Shown: positions 1 to 10,711 of the stretch, one piece after another | How the letters are laid out: each line of letters begins with the position of its first letter | How positions within the stretch are numbered: the stretch's first letter is position 1 | Assembly (NCBI RefSeq): GCF_000219175.1 | Contig: NC_015735.1 | Coordinates: forward strand, 150,001 to 182,000 | Source of the DNA: Candidatus Moranella endobia PCIT | GTDB taxonomy: Bacteria; Pseudomonadota; Gammaproteobacteria; Enterobacterales; Enterobacteriaceae | Direction of reading: 5' to 3' | DNA length: 32,000 bases | Position numbers and translations under genes: made by a program | Notes under the pieces: model-generated | The model's input: the letters and a program-made list of their open reading frames with translations, nothing else | What the model was told of the DNA's origin: nothing | Databases searched by the model: none

Positions 1-2401
1 GAAGACGCACATCTTCTGCTAATCGCTCCTCTTCAGCTAAAAGTAAACTATCTTTAGCAGCGCTAAGATCCAACCAGGCCCCGTACTTATCTCGATCGTG
101 AAACATCGGTCGTTTTTGAACGCGGAAATCAGCTGCGAATGGCAAGAACACAAGCGGGAACTCCAAACCTTTAGATTTATGCACTGTCATGATTTGTACC
201 AGATGACGATCGTTTTCCAGCCGCAATTGCTGATTAGTTTCCTGTGAATTAGGGGATGCAACCTGTAGCGCTAACCAACGGACTAGCGCGAATTCATTAT
301 CTACTATTTGCGTAGATGCTTCCTGTAATAGTTCACCTAGATGGAGTAAGTTAGTTAGGCGGCGTTCGCCCCCCTGGCTGGCTAATAAGCTTTCAGCGAT
401 GCAAAATTTTACCATTATTTTACGCAGCATCGGCAATATGCCATGTTTTTGCCAGTGCTGACGATAACCAGCAAAATCTTCAACCATTTTATTCCACAGA
501 CGCTCATCGTTATTCAATGTATCAATAGCGGTAGCATTTAACCCGAGCAGGCAGGTAGCCAGTGCCCGGCGCAGCTCATTCTTTTTCTCTGTCGTCAACA
601 CTGCCTGCAAGATCCATTGCAGTTCGCGCGCCTCGGGTGTATTGAAGACACTGTCACGGTTGGAGAGTTGCACTGCTGGAATCAGCAGTTCCGCTAGTGC
701 AGCATACACCAGTGCCGCCTCGCTGCGGTTGCGTACTAGCACAGTAATATCCGATGCTTGTATTAGCTGCTGCTTACCCAGTCGCCCTTCAAGCCAGGCT
801 TTGCCTTCACAGGCAGCGCATAGCAAATCTTGAATAGTAGCGGCACACTGGCGCGCCATGTATTGTTTATATTCACTTATGCCAACGCCGGCGCCCGGCT
901 GTAGCCAAATACGCAGCGCTGGCTGTGGCTGATGCTGCACTACCAAACGCAATGTTTGATTGACAGTAGCAGGCATCACTGGTAAAAATGGAATATCGCT
1001 GAAGATAAACGGCGACGGCAAGCTTTGGAACAAATGATTAACTGCATTTATCATCCCAGGCGACGAACGCCAGTTAGTATCAAGGGTATAGTGAGCATCA
1101 ACTTCATTCCTAGCGCACATATAAGTAAAAATATCAGCTCCGCGAAACGCATAGATAGCCTGTTTCGGGTCACCCATCAACAACATTCCACAGTTAGATT
1201 GACCAACGTAAATTTGACGAAAAATTCGGTACTGCTGTGGGTCAGTATCCTGAAACTCGTCGATTATCGCTACCGGATAGCGCTTGCGTACTGATTCAGC
1301 TAGAGCGGCACCGCTACTACCACCAGCCAACGCCTGATCCAGGCGGCTCAGTAAATCGTCGAATCCTATTTCATTCCGACGTTGTTTTTCTTGTTTTAAT
1401 GCCTGGCGGATTTCAATTAACGCCATGAAAAAAATTAGCTCACGAAGCGAGAGCCTGGACTGATAAAAAGCCTCCACAGCAGCAAATAACTCATGCCGAG
1501 GGGGTTCTCCGTCGGTGGTTTGTTCCTCCAGCACTGAGCTTTTAAACCGCGCCAATTCATTCGGTACCTGATCATCCACGGTCGGCTCACTCACCCAGTA
1601 ATCAATTTTTGCCAGCCAGGTCCGTAGATTATTGCTGCTGTATATCCGACGGTCTAGTTTATGGCTCTCTAGTAGCGTCATAAGCTCTAACGCAGACGTA
1701 CGCCATTGCTGTTTTAGGTCTGCAATAACAGCAATAATCCGAGCATGCCTAGCTAGGATAGACTCAGTTATATCTGGCGGATTACATACCATGGGCAATT
1801 CACCCTGTAAATAAGGCAGTAATTCAGCTAGTAGGTTTGCCGGCCCTTCCCAGTATTGTTGCACCATGCGCGCTACTTCCAGTGGCAACTTATGGCAATG
1901 GCTTCGCCAGAATTCAGCGCTTACCTGCTGATACAAGCAAGATTCATCATCCAGGAAAGTTTGCGGAAATAGTATGTTAGAAGTGACCGCGTTGTTTAGT
2001 ATGTGTTTGCAGAAGCTATGGATGGTATAAATCGTTGCATTGTCCATCTGCCTCTCCGCTGCCAGCAGATGTAATGCAGCTAGCCGCCGGTCGCTGATTT
2101 GTACCAGTATAGCAGCTAGTAGCGAATCATTGCTTTCACCGCGCATACAAGCTAGCATCAGCAAATGTATATTTGCGCGAATACGACTGCGTAGCTCTTT
2201 TGTTGCAGTATCGGTAAAGGTAACAACCAATATTTCTTCCACGCTCAATGGCCGTGGATACGCAGTCTCGCCGCCCAGCCCAAGTAGTAGTCGTAAGTAT
2301 AGAACAGTCAGGTTATAAGTTTTACCAGTTCCTGCCGACGCTTCGATCAAACGAGTGCCCTGCAGCGGTAACGTTAGGGGATTAAAGCTATCGAAGATCA
2401 T
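1..2401 (-). CDS. recB: Exodeoxyribonuclease V beta subunit RecB, first ~800 codons (3' end lies beyond the left window edge)
   Basis: Absent from the ORF track because no stop lies in the window. Manual reverse-complement translation from the ATG at 2401..2399 is uninterrupted down to position 1: MIFDSFNPLTLPLQGTRLIEASAGTGKTYNLTVLYLRLLLGLGG ... VAIIDEFQDTDPQQYRIF ... GDPKQAIYAFRGADIFTY ... TLDTNWRSSPGMINAVN ... VHKSKGLEFPLVFLPF. It is colinear with E. coli RecB, including the Walker A and DEFQD helicase motifs. Confidence 0.9.
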   Translation of the reverse strand, partial: MIFDSFNPLTLPLQGTRLIEASAGTGKTYNLTVLYLRLLLGLGGETAYPRPLSVEEILVVTFTDTATKELRSRIRANIHLLMLACMRGESNDSLLAAILVQISDRRLAALHLLAAERQMDNATIYTIHSFCKHILNNAVTSNILFPQTFLDDESCLYQQVSAEFWRSHCHKLPLEVARMVQQYWEGPANLLAELLPYLQGELPMVCNPPDITESILARHARIIAVIADLKQQWRTSALELMTLLESHKLDRRIYSSNNLRTWLAKIDYWVSEPTVDDQVPNELARFKSSVLEEQTTDGEPPRHELFAAVEAFYQSRLSLRELIFFMALIEIRQALKQEKQRRNEIGFDDLLSRLDQALAGGSSGAALAESVRKRYPVAIIDEFQDTDPQQYRIFRQIYVGQSNCGMLLMGDPKQAIYAFRGADIFTYMCARNEVDAHYTLDTNWRSSPGMINAVNHLFQSLPSPFIFSDIPFLPVMPATVNQTLRLVVQHQPQPALRIWLQPGAGVGISEYKQYMARQCAATIQDLLCAACEGKAWLEGRLGKQQLIQASDITVLVRNRSEAALVYAALAELLIPAVQLSNRDSVFNTPEARELQWILQAVLTTEKKNELRRALATCLLGLNATAIDTLNNDERLWNKMVEDFAGYRQHWQKHGILPMLRKIMVKFCIAESLLASQGGERRLTNLLHLGELLQEASTQIVDNEFALVRWLALQVASPNSQETNQQLRLENDRHLVQIMTVHKSKGLEFPLVFLPFAADFRVQKRPMFHDRDKYGAWLDLSAAKDSLLLAEEERLAEDVRL

Positions 2402-2720
2402 CAGATGATCTGTTTCCTTTTCCAATATCTATATATCTATTATCGCGCGAGCAGCGCTTGTTATAGCGTGGACAACAGCAGTAACTAGTTTAATAGTTCA
2501 GCTTGAAAAGCGATTACAATAACTGAAACTATTATTGTTCACTCGTTACAACAAAATTATTCACTATAACTGAATAATCTTCATAATGTAGCAACAAGAA
2601 TGAAGATGGTGTCCAATCTTGTTTACACAGTGATTGATTATTATTGTTGGCTCCTCATGGAAGGCGGCTAGGTAATATATCATCTTCAATATGAGTAAAG
2701 AGATAGGTTAACGACTGTAG

Positions 2721-4205
2721 TTACTCACCCTCATGACACTTATTCCACGACCGCCCATCGCGGGTAATCATCGCGACAGAGGCTCTCGGCCCCCAGGTAC
2801 CAGCCTGATAAGGTTGCGGTACATCATTTACCGCCTTCCAGGCTGCAATAATTGAATCTACCCATTTCCAAGCTTCTTCTACTTCATCACAGCGAACGAA
2901 CAGCGCTTGAATACCTCGCATGGTTTCAAGTAATAGTCGTTTATAAGAGTCAGCTAGATGTTCCTGGTTAAAAGTATTAGTAAAACTTAGATTCAATTTC
3001 GTGGTCTGTAACCGGTGTTTATGATCTAAACCTGGAACCTTATTTAGAATCTGAATATCCATGCCTTCATCCGGTTGCAGACGGATAGTCAATTTATTCT
3101 GCGGTAGCTGCTGATAGGAATCCTGAAATAAGTTGAGTGCAGGCTGTTTAAAATAAACAACTACTTCGGAACATTTATTCGGCAAGCGCTTGCCTGTACG
3201 TAGATAAAAGGGCACACCTACCCATCGCCAGTTATCGATGTCGACACGAATGGAAACGAAGGTTTCGGTGCGACTGTTTTTATTCGCTCCCTCTTCTTCC
3301 AGATAACCTGGCACTAGTTTCCCATGCACGTACCCGCTGGTGTACTGTCCACGCACTGTAGTATCATGCACATTGCTATAATTTATAGGGCGTAGCGAGC
3401 GAAGAACCTTCACTTTCTCATCCCGGATACGGTCGGTAGTAAAATCTGATGGAGGCGACATGGCTATCATAGTTAGGATCTGCAACAGATGGCTTTGGAT
3501 CATATCCCGCATTTGGCCGGTTTGATCAAAATATCCCCATCGGCCTTCGATGCCTACTGCCTCGGCTACTGTAATCTGAACATGATCGATAGTGCGGTTA
3601 TCCCAATTTGAGGTGAATAGAGCATTGGCGAAACGCAGCGCCAGCAAATTGAGCACTGTCTCTTTGCCAAGATAATGGTCTATACGATACACCTGACTCT
3701 CAGTGAAATATTCTGCAACTTGATCGTTTATCCTATTGGAAGAAGTAAGATCGGTACCGAGCGGTTTTTCCATGACGACGCGGCTAGGTTTGCTGTTCAG
3801 CCCCGCAGCACCCAAGCCTTTGCAAATTGCCCCGAAGGTAGTAGGAGGCATGGCAAAGTAATTCACTGTCACTCTTGCCTGCTGATCTAGTTTTACACCT
3901 AGCCGACTAAAGTAATTAGTTTCATTAACATCAAGATTACAAAAATCGAAGCGAGTGCTAAGTGTCTTCCATACTTGGTCGTCAATATCATCATTCATGA
4001 AGGTTTCCAACGCTAAACGTACAACCTTGGTGTAAGTTTTGATGTCCCAGTCCGCACGTCCAACGCCGATAATACGTGTTTCCCGATGCAGTGCACCGGC
4101 TTTTTCCAGTTGATACAGAGAAGGCAACAACTTACGCCGCGCTAGATCGCCTTTTGCGCCAAAAATAACTATATCACAGGCCGGTATTGTTGATTTGACC
4201 ACCAT
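2721..4205 (-). CDS. zwf: Glucose-6-phosphate 1-dehydrogenase
   Basis: 494-aa ORF with ATG start and a GGAGA Shine-Dalgarno sequence about 5 nt upstream. Near full-length colinearity with E. coli Zwf (CDIVIFGAKGDLARRKLLPSLYQLEKAG, RIDHYLGKETVLNLLALRFAN, YERLLLETMRGIQALFVR-like). Confidence 0.95.
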   Translation of the reverse strand: MVVKSTIPACDIVIFGAKGDLARRKLLPSLYQLEKAGALHRETRIIGVGRADWDIKTYTKVVRLALETFMNDDIDDQVWKTLSTRFDFCNLDVNETNYFSRLGVKLDQQARVTVNYFAMPPTTFGAICKGLGAAGLNSKPSRVVMEKPLGTDLTSSNRINDQVAEYFTESQVYRIDHYLGKETVLNLLALRFANALFTSNWDNRTIDHVQITVAEAVGIEGRWGYFDQTGQMRDMIQSHLLQILTMIAMSPPSDFTTDRIRDEKVKVLRSLRPINYSNVHDTTVRGQYTSGYVHGKLVPGYLEEEGANKNSRTETFVSIRVDIDNWRWVGVPFYLRTGKRLPNKCSEVVVYFKQPALNLFQDSYQQLPQNKLTIRLQPDEGMDIQILNKVPGLDHKHRLQTTKLNLSFTNTFNQEHLADSYKRLLLETMRGIQALFVRCDEVEEAWKWVDSIIAAWKAVNDVPQPYQAGTWGPRASVAMITRDGRSWNKCHEGE

Positions 4206-4388
4206 GTTATTCTCCTAGTGCAAGATGTTTAATCTGCTGACAGTGTCTTGATAAATTACACTCGGCTTTGTTTTCAATAGTGTTATTAATTGATAATCTT
4301 ATTGTTGTCTTACCGATTTGAAAGTTGGATCACAGTCAGCCTCTGGTTCACTACATTTAATTACTCATGCGTAGTTTATTTTGCTACA

Positions 4389-4417
4389 TTGGTAAATTAC
4401 TTATCATGCGGTATAAT
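4389..4417 (+). promoter_or_regulatory. Candidate sigma70 promoter upstream of pykA (TTGGTA, 17-nt spacer, TATAAT)
   Basis: TTGGTA at 4389-4394 and a perfect TATAAT at 4412-4417 with a 17-nt spacer, on the pykA strand. It would give a leader of roughly 200 nt. Motif match only. Confidence 0.3.
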
Positions 4418-4628
4418 GACATCTTAAAATAATTATAATAACAACAGCATACAACATGGAAGCAGTCGCGCCTTCTACAACAGCCTAACTAATAAACTAG
4501 CCAACGCACACAGAATATTACTAACAGGGGGAAGATTTGCAGCTAAAAACGGTTACACATATGATATGCCACCAGATTAGTCTGTTTGTTGAAACCACAT
4601 CATATTGACCAATTCACCGGAGTTATCC

Positions 4629-6071
4629 ATGTCCAGACAGCTAAGAAGAACAAAAATTGTCACTACTCTCGGTCCGGTAACCGATCGTGATAATAATCTT
4701 GAAAAAGTAATAAACGCCGGAGCCAACGTTGTTCGCCTCAATTTTTCACACGGTAGCGCAGAAGAGCATATCCTAAGGGCACAAAAAGTGCGCGATATTT
4801 CAGCCCGCCTCGGCCGACATATCGCGGTACTTGGTGATTTACAGGGGCCAAAAATACGCATTTCAACTTTTAGGGACGGGAACATTGTCCTGAAAGTAAG
4901 CGACAAATTTTTACTAGATGCTTCATTAGGCCGCGGTGAAGGTGACTGCGAACGTGTAGGCATTGACTATAAAGGTTTACCGGAAGATGTGGCGCCAGGC
5001 GATATACTGCTACTAGATGATGGCCGAGTACAACTGAAAGTGCTCGAAGTTCAGGGTATCAGGGTTTATACCCAAGTCACGGTAGGTGGGCCGCTGTCCA
5101 ACAATAAAGGTATAAACAAGCTTGGAGGTGGTTTGTCTGCTGAAGCTCTGACTGAGAAAGACAAATCAGATATCATTACTGCAGCAAAAATAGGTGTTGA
5201 TTACCTGGCGATTTCATTTCCCCGCACTAGTGAAGATCTTAACTATGCGCGCCGGCTGGCGCGTGAGGCCGGCAGCTATGCCAAAATTGTATCAAAAATA
5301 GAAAGAGCAGAAGCTGTGGCTACCGAGGAAGCCATGGACGAAATCATTCTCGCTTCAGATGTGGTGATGGTGGCAAGGGGCGACTTAGGTGTGGAAATCG
5401 GCGATCCAGAATTAGTAGGTATTCAAAAAACATTAATCCGCCGAGCCCGCACTCTTAACCGTGCCGTTATTACTGCTACGCAGATGATGGAATCAATGAT
5501 TAATAACCCGATGCCCACGCGCGCTGAAGTGATGGATGTTGCTAATGCGGTGCTAGACGGCACCGACGCGGTAATGCTGTCAGCCGAAACGGCAGCAGGG
5601 CGGTATCCAGCCGAAACAGTATCTACTATGGCAAGCGTTTGCCTTGGAGCGGAAAAAATTCCCAGTATTAATCTCTCCAAGCATCGGTTGGACGTGCAAT
5701 TTGACAATATTGAAGAAGCCATAGCTATGGCTGCTATGTATGCTGCTAATCATCTTAAGGGTGTAACAGCAATTATCTCAATGACGGAATCTGGCAGCAC
5801 CGCACTCATGATGTCCAGGATTAGTTCTGGTCTACCAATTTTTGCTCTATCGCGACACGAACATACCCTAAATCTTACCGCTCTTTATCGCGGCGTAACA
5901 CCAGTATACTTTGACGGCGATAGTGAAGGCGTGGCAGCAGCAATTAATGCTACTAATTTACTGAGAGATAAAGGTTTCTTGAAATCTGGTGATCTAGTCA
6001 TCATCACCCAGGGGGATGTAATGGATCTAGTAGGTACTACAAACACCAGTCGTATTCTGCGCGTCAAGTAA
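4629..6071 (+). CDS. pykA: Pyruvate kinase II
   Basis: The ORF-track start at 4605 is a TTG. The ATG at 4629 is preceded by GGAG at about 7 nt and gives [28 protein letters not shown], matching the E. coli PykA N-terminus and its 480-aa length. Colinear throughout. Confidence 0.95.
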   Translation: MSRQLRRTKIVTTLGPVTDRDNNLEKVINAGANVVRLNFSHGSAEEHILRAQKVRDISARLGRHIAVLGDLQGPKIRISTFRDGNIVLKVSDKFLLDASLGRGEGDCERVGIDYKGLPEDVAPGDILLLDDGRVQLKVLEVQGIRVYTQVTVGGPLSNNKGINKLGGGLSAEALTEKDKSDIITAAKIGVDYLAISFPRTSEDLNYARRLAREAGSYAKIVSKIERAEAVATEEAMDEIILASDVVMVARGDLGVEIGDPELVGIQKTLIRRARTLNRAVITATQMMESMINNPMPTRAEVMDVANAVLDGTDAVMLSAETAAGRYPAETVSTMASVCLGAEKIPSINLSKHRLDVQFDNIEEAIAMAAMYAANHLKGVTAIISMTESGSTALMMSRISSGLPIFALSRHEHTLNLTALYRGVTPVYFDGDSEGVAAAINATNLLRDKGFLKSGDLVIITQGDVMDLVGTTNTSRILRVK

Positions 6072-6085
6072 ACATCACACATGTA

Positions 6086-6120
6086 TCACGGCTGCTGCTC
6101 AACGCGAGCCGTGATTATTA
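6086..6120 (+). terminator. Possible intrinsic terminator after pykA
   Basis: 8-bp inverted repeat, tcacggct (6086-6093) and agccgtga (6107-6114), with a 13-nt loop, followed by ttatta. The U-tract is weak. Confidence 0.35.
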
Positions 6121-6269
6121 ACAAATAAATGGCAGAAGCCCCTTTATAAGTAAGATTAGATGTTAGTGTTATTTACTGTGTTGTAATAATATTATTAAGT
6201 CTCGCTGACCTAGTAGAACTTAAGTTCTGCTGGTGCCGAATAAGTGGCTAGCCTGCATCTTGATTATGA

Positions 6270-6356
6270 CGATGAGGGAGGGATTCGAACCCTCGATACA
6301 CTTGTGTGTATACACACTTTCCAGGCGTGCTCCTTCAGCCACTCGGACACCTCACC
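6270..6356 (-). tRNA. serW/serX-like: tRNA-Ser (anticodon GGA), class II long variable arm, 3' CCA not encoded
   Basis: The reverse complement reads GGTGAGGTGTCCGAGTGGCTGAAGGAGCACGCCTGGAAAGTGTGTATACACACAAGTGTATCGAGGGTTCGAATCCCTCCCTCATCG. This is near-identical to E. coli tRNA-Ser(GGA), with anticodon loop CTGGAAA. The discriminator G is followed by TCA rather than CCA. Confidence 0.9.
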
Positions 6357-6520
6357 AAAAATTAACGACTTTTATGGAAACTGAATGTAGGGATTATACT
6401 CTTGAAGGTCAAGCATATTTGACTACAAAAATAAAAATGTCTTAGTTATTTATTGTTGTATCAAATTATGATGATGTGTAGTGCCAATGGTAGCAACTTG
6501 CCAGACATAAACAGCAAAAA

Positions 6521-7537
6521 CTAGCAGCACATCGCCGCTGGTAGCTTATTACCGCATAATAGCAGCACCAATGCATTTAACTCAGACCAAACAGGATAAT
6601 CATAATTATGCTTAAGTTCCAATTCAATCTTGGTCATCAACGCTACCGCGTCTCGCAACTGCAACATAGTAAGCCGCTTTAACTCTAACTGCGGCGTTAG
6701 CAGTAGTTGGCTATTTTGGCATAAATTGCTGATGTTAGCGCCTTGCAATTTGCCTTTCATTGTTAACGACTGTAGTACTAAGCGCTGAAACATGCGTACC
6801 AAGATGGTGGGATCCACTGCTTCTAGTTTTAGCTGACATAAAATGTGCACAGCACGTTTACTTTTGCCTGACAAAACAGCGTCGATTAATTGAAACGGTT
6901 GAAAGTGTGCAGCGTCGTTAACCACAGCTTCGACCCGCGACAGCGTCATACTCCCGTCTGGATACATTAGTGATAACTGGGCTAGCGCTTGGTCCAGCGC
7001 CAGCAGGTTGCCTTCATAGCAATAGCATAGTAGTTGGCAAGCAGCATTATCAAGCTTCATCTTCATACTGGTTGCTCGCTTAACCACCCAGCCAGGCAGC
7101 TGTCTCTGTGCTGGAGTGGTGCAGCTAACCAGTACTGCGTGTGGGCTAAGTGCTTTAAACCAGGTGCTGTTTTCCAAGGTGCTGGTCCACTTGCTGCCGC
7201 GCAGGATTAACAAGAGATCATCATGTAGCAAAGAAGCCAACTGAAGCATATTTTTTCCCATGTTGGCTGGAATGACGCCATCTGGCAAGAAAAATAACAG
7301 CATCTGACGGTTGGCGAACATACTGCGTGTTTGGCATAAGCTGAAAATGAAACTCCAGTCAGTACTGGCATCCAATGTGACGCGAAAATGTTCGTTAAAT
7401 TGTTTTGATTTTGCTTGGTTGCGAATACATTCCTGGCTTTCTCGCAAAAGAAACTGATCGTTGCCGAACAGCAAATAACAGGAGCATAATGAATCTTGTA
7501 ACTGCGCGCCTAACTGATCGGCATATAGTCGGATCAT
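6521..7537 (-). CDS. holA: DNA polymerase III delta subunit
   Basis: 338-aa ORF with ATG start. MIRLYADQLGAQLQ...CYLLFGND...DDLLLILRG...LCYCYEGNLLAL is colinear with E. coli HolA. It sits in the conserved leuS-lptE-holA order. Confidence 0.9.
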   Translation of the reverse strand: MIRLYADQLGAQLQDSLCSCYLLFGNDQFLLRESQECIRNQAKSKQFNEHFRVTLDASTDWSFIFSLCQTRSMFANRQMLLFFLPDGVIPANMGKNMLQLASLLHDDLLLILRGSKWTSTLENSTWFKALSPHAVLVSCTTPAQRQLPGWVVKRATSMKMKLDNAACQLLCYCYEGNLLALDQALAQLSLMYPDGSMTLSRVEAVVNDAAHFQPFQLIDAVLSGKSKRAVHILCQLKLEAVDPTILVRMFQRLVLQSLTMKGKLQGANISNLCQNSQLLLTPQLELKRLTMLQLRDAVALMTKIELELKHNYDYPVWSELNALVLLLCGNKLPAAMCC

Positions 7538-7598
7538 GACATCACCAGCCTTAAAAACAAAAGTTTTACAAGTTTTAGATTAGGACTGTGTCAATAGT

Positions 7599-8111
7599 TT
7601 AATTATTTGCTGACTCATGGGTATGTACCATTAGTAGTTTACGCACTAGCTGCTTCGCCAATTGCTGACGCAATTCCTGACGGATGATATTAACTTCTGC
7701 ATCTTTCGCTAGTGCTATCTGTGGGTTATTAAAAACAGCACTATTAACTTTCACCTCTATAGGGTAGTAATCTTTGCCGGGTGTAACAACTTGCGCTTGT
7801 ACGCCTAGCGTAATCTGATATTCGGCGGTTTTACCATTGTGGAATAATGAGGTGGCTACCTGACTTTCCGCCGACTGAATAATACGCAGAGACAACAGTG
7901 GATTATGATTAGCGGCGTCAATAATTTTGATGTTATTCATACGTAGCTCAGATAGCACACAGCGAGTAAGTGGCCCGTAAGGATCATAACTTTTTATGGT
8001 TATGGTGTTAATTTCGGTTGGTACTTGGGTAGTGGTGCAACGTAAGTAAGAACTACAGCCAGCGGTGATAGCAACAGCAAAACCCATTATCAGTACAGTC
8101 CAATATCGCAA
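7599..8111 (-). CDS. lptE: LPS assembly outer-membrane lipoprotein LptE (RlpB)
   Basis: 170-aa ORF: MRYWTVLIMGFAVAITAGCSS (lipobox) ... NGKTAEYQ ... NNPQIALAKD matches E. coli LptE. The start codon is TTG (8111..8109), preceded by AGGAGG with 5-nt spacing. It lies 14 nt downstream of the leuS stop. Confidence 0.85.
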   Translation of the reverse strand: MRYWTVLIMGFAVAITAGCSSYLRCTTTQVPTEINTITIKSYDPYGPLTRCVLSELRMNNIKIIDAANHNPLLSLRIIQSAESQVATSLFHNGKTAEYQITLGVQAQVVTPGKDYYPIEVKVNSAVFNNPQIALAKDAEVNIIRQELRQQLAKQLVRKLLMVHTHESANN

Positions 8112-8125
8112 AATACCTCCTTCTG

Positions 8126-10711
8126 TTAACCTACGACCAAGTTAAGTAGTTTACCAGACACATAAATTACTTTACGTACCGTATTACTTTCCAGATATTT
8201 CGCCACATTTTGTTCCCGCAAAGCAAGTTCACGTACTAAGGCTTCATCAGCTTCTGCTGGTACGGTAATTTTGCCTCGTAGTTTACCATTGACCTGAATA
8301 ACAACCATTTTAGTCTCTTCCATCAGAGCAGATTCATCTGCGATCAGCCAAGGGGCGTTATCGATCTCCCCTTCGCCGCCCAACGCCCGCCATAGCATGA
8401 AGCAAACATGGGGTGTGAAAGGATAAAGCATTATTACAACTGCTAACAGGGCCTCCTGCAGCAGGGCTCGATCCTGCCCGGTCTGCTGCGGAGCGCGCGT
8501 TAGCTTATTCAGCAGTTCCATAATGGCGACGATGGCAGTGTTGAACATTTGGCGGCAGCCTAGATCCAAGGTTACCTTGGCTATAGTTTTATGTACTTCA
8601 CGACGCAGCTTCGTTTGTGCGTTGTTTAAGACTGTAATATCCAACGTACCTACTTGGCCCATCTGAGTATGTTCATACACCAGTTTCCAGACCCGTTTCA
8701 AAAATCGATTGACGCCTTCTACACCAGCTTCCTGCCATTCAAGCGTCATGTCGGCGGGTGCAGCGAACATCATAAACAAGCGAACGGTATCGGCGCCGTA
8801 TTTATTTACTATCTCCTGTGGATCGACACCATTGTTTTTCGATTTTGACATCTTGCTCATACCCGCATATACTAGTACGCGGCCAGTAGTATCTGTCGCT
8901 TTGAAAATTCTGCCCTGCTCATCGCGCTCTACACGGACCTCAACAGGCGATACCCAGACGCGCTCGCCGCTATCACCTAAGTAGTAGAAGGCGTCAGCTA
9001 GAACCATACCTTGACATAACAGGCGTTTCGCAGGCTCATCGGAGTTGACTAAGCCAGTGTCACGCATCAGCTTGTGATAGAAACGAAAATATATCAGGTG
9101 CATGATGGAATGCTCGATGCCGCCAATATATTGATCAACAGGTAGCCAATAGTTGGCAGCGCCAGGATCGAGCATGCCGCCGTCATAATCCGGGCAGGTA
9201 TAGCGTGCATAATACCAGGAAGATTCCATAAACGTATCGAAGGTATCGGTTTCACGCAGCGCCGGCTGACCGCAGTAATTAATCTTAGCCCAATCTTGTT
9301 GAGCTGATTTCAGCGGGCTTGAAATTCCGTTCATAACCAAGTCTTCTGGTAACACAACCGGCAATTGCTCTGCCGGCGTTGGTACAATGGTGCCGTCGGC
9401 AAGCGTTATCATCGGAATTGGCGCGCCCCAATAACGCTGGCGGGAAACCCCCCAGTCGCGCAGACGATAGTTTATCTTGCGCTTGCCAACTCCGCGTGCA
9501 ACCAATACATCAGCAATAGCATTGAAGCCGTCCTGAAAATCTAGACCATCAAATTCACCAGAATTGAATAGCACCCCTTTTTTGGTCATTGCCTTGGTGC
9601 TGATATCAGGCTCACTACCGTCGATATTGCGGATTACCGGCTTGATGGGTAAGTTATATTTACTAGCGAACTCAAAATCTTGCTGGGAGTGCCCAGGCAC
9701 CGCGATAACCGCTCCGGTACCATAATCCATTAGCACAAAATTGGCGATCCAGACTGGCAATTTCTCGCCGGTTAGAGGATGTAGGGCGTGCAGGCCGGTG
9801 GCAATTCCCTTTTTTTCTATTTTAGCCCTGTCCGCTTCTGCTACCTTGCCGGTGCGGCATTCCTGAATAAAGTATGCTAGCGCCGTATTTGATACCGCTG
9901 CCTGTAGCGATAGAGGATGACCTGCAGCCACCGCAACATATGTGACACCCATCAAAGTATCTGGACGGGTGGTGTAAACCGTGAGCGTTTCTTCACTGTT
10001 ATCGACCTGAAATGTTACTTCTACCCCTTCCGAACGGCCAATCCAGTTGCGCTGCATGGTTTTAACCTGCTCTGGCCAATTTTCTAGCTTTTCCAAATCA
10101 TATAGAAGTTCGTCGGCATAGGCGGTAATTTTCACAAACCACTGCGGGATTTCCTTGCGCTCAACCTTGGTATCACAGCGCCAACAACAGCCATTGAGTA
10201 CTTGTTCGTTCGCCAGAACTGTCTGGTCTTGTGGACACCAGTTGACCGACGAATGTTTTTTATATACTAGGCCTTTTTCATACAGTCGGATGAAAAACCA
10301 CTGTTCCCAACGGTAATATTCAGGACTGCAAGTAGTAATTTCACGATGCCAATCGTAACCGAAGCCCAGTAGTTTAAGCTGACGCTTCATATAAGTGATA
10401 TTGGTATAGGTCCAAAGCGCTGGTGCTGTGTTGTTTTTAACTGCTCCCCCTTCTGCTGGTAGGCCAAACGCGTCCCAGCCAATAGGCTGCAGGACGTTTT
10501 TACCTAGCATGCGCTGATAGCGGGCTATAACGTCGCCGATAGTATAGTTGCGCACATGCCCCATGTGCAGGCGGCCGGAAGGATAGGGCAGCATGGATAG
10601 ACAGTAGTATTTTTCCTTGCTCGGGTCTGCTTTAACCGTGAAAGTATCGTTTTCATGCCAATATTGCTGGACGGTTGGTTCTATATCTTCCGGACAGTAA
10701 AGCTCTTGCAT
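8126..10711 (-). CDS. leuS: Leucyl-tRNA synthetase
   Basis: The ORF-track start at 10723 is a GTG. The ATG at 10711 gives [18 protein letters not shown], matching E. coli MQEQYRPEEIE and a length of 861 aa. The HMGH and KMSKS motifs are present. Confidence 0.95.
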   Translation of the reverse strand: MQELYCPEDIEPTVQQYWHENDTFTVKADPSKEKYYCLSMLPYPSGRLHMGHVRNYTIGDVIARYQRMLGKNVLQPIGWDAFGLPAEGGAVKNNTAPALWTYTNITYMKRQLKLLGFGYDWHREITTCSPEYYRWEQWFFIRLYEKGLVYKKHSSVNWCPQDQTVLANEQVLNGCCWRCDTKVERKEIPQWFVKITAYADELLYDLEKLENWPEQVKTMQRNWIGRSEGVEVTFQVDNSEETLTVYTTRPDTLMGVTYVAVAAGHPLSLQAAVSNTALAYFIQECRTGKVAEADRAKIEKKGIATGLHALHPLTGEKLPVWIANFVLMDYGTGAVIAVPGHSQQDFEFASKYNLPIKPVIRNIDGSEPDISTKAMTKKGVLFNSGEFDGLDFQDGFNAIADVLVARGVGKRKINYRLRDWGVSRQRYWGAPIPMITLADGTIVPTPAEQLPVVLPEDLVMNGISSPLKSAQQDWAKINYCGQPALRETDTFDTFMESSWYYARYTCPDYDGGMLDPGAANYWLPVDQYIGGIEHSIMHLIYFRFYHKLMRDTGLVNSDEPAKRLLCQGMVLADAFYYLGDSGERVWVSPVEVRVERDEQGRIFKATDTTGRVLVYAGMSKMSKSKNNGVDPQEIVNKYGADTVRLFMMFAAPADMTLEWQEAGVEGVNRFLKRVWKLVYEHTQMGQVGTLDITVLNNAQTKLRREVHKTIAKVTLDLGCRQMFNTAIVAIMELLNKLTRAPQQTGQDRALLQEALLAVVIMLYPFTPHVCFMLWRALGGEGEIDNAPWLIADESALMEETKMVVIQVNGKLRGKITVPAEADEALVRELALREQNVAKYLESNTVRKVIYVSGKLLNLVVG

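Noticed and set aside
6393-6412. Promoter for tRNA-Ser(GGA): perfect TATAAT (6398..6393, minus strand) with TTGACC (6412..6407)
   Set aside because: The two hexamers are only 8 nt apart, so they cannot form one sigma70 promoter. The -10 alone is insufficient evidence.
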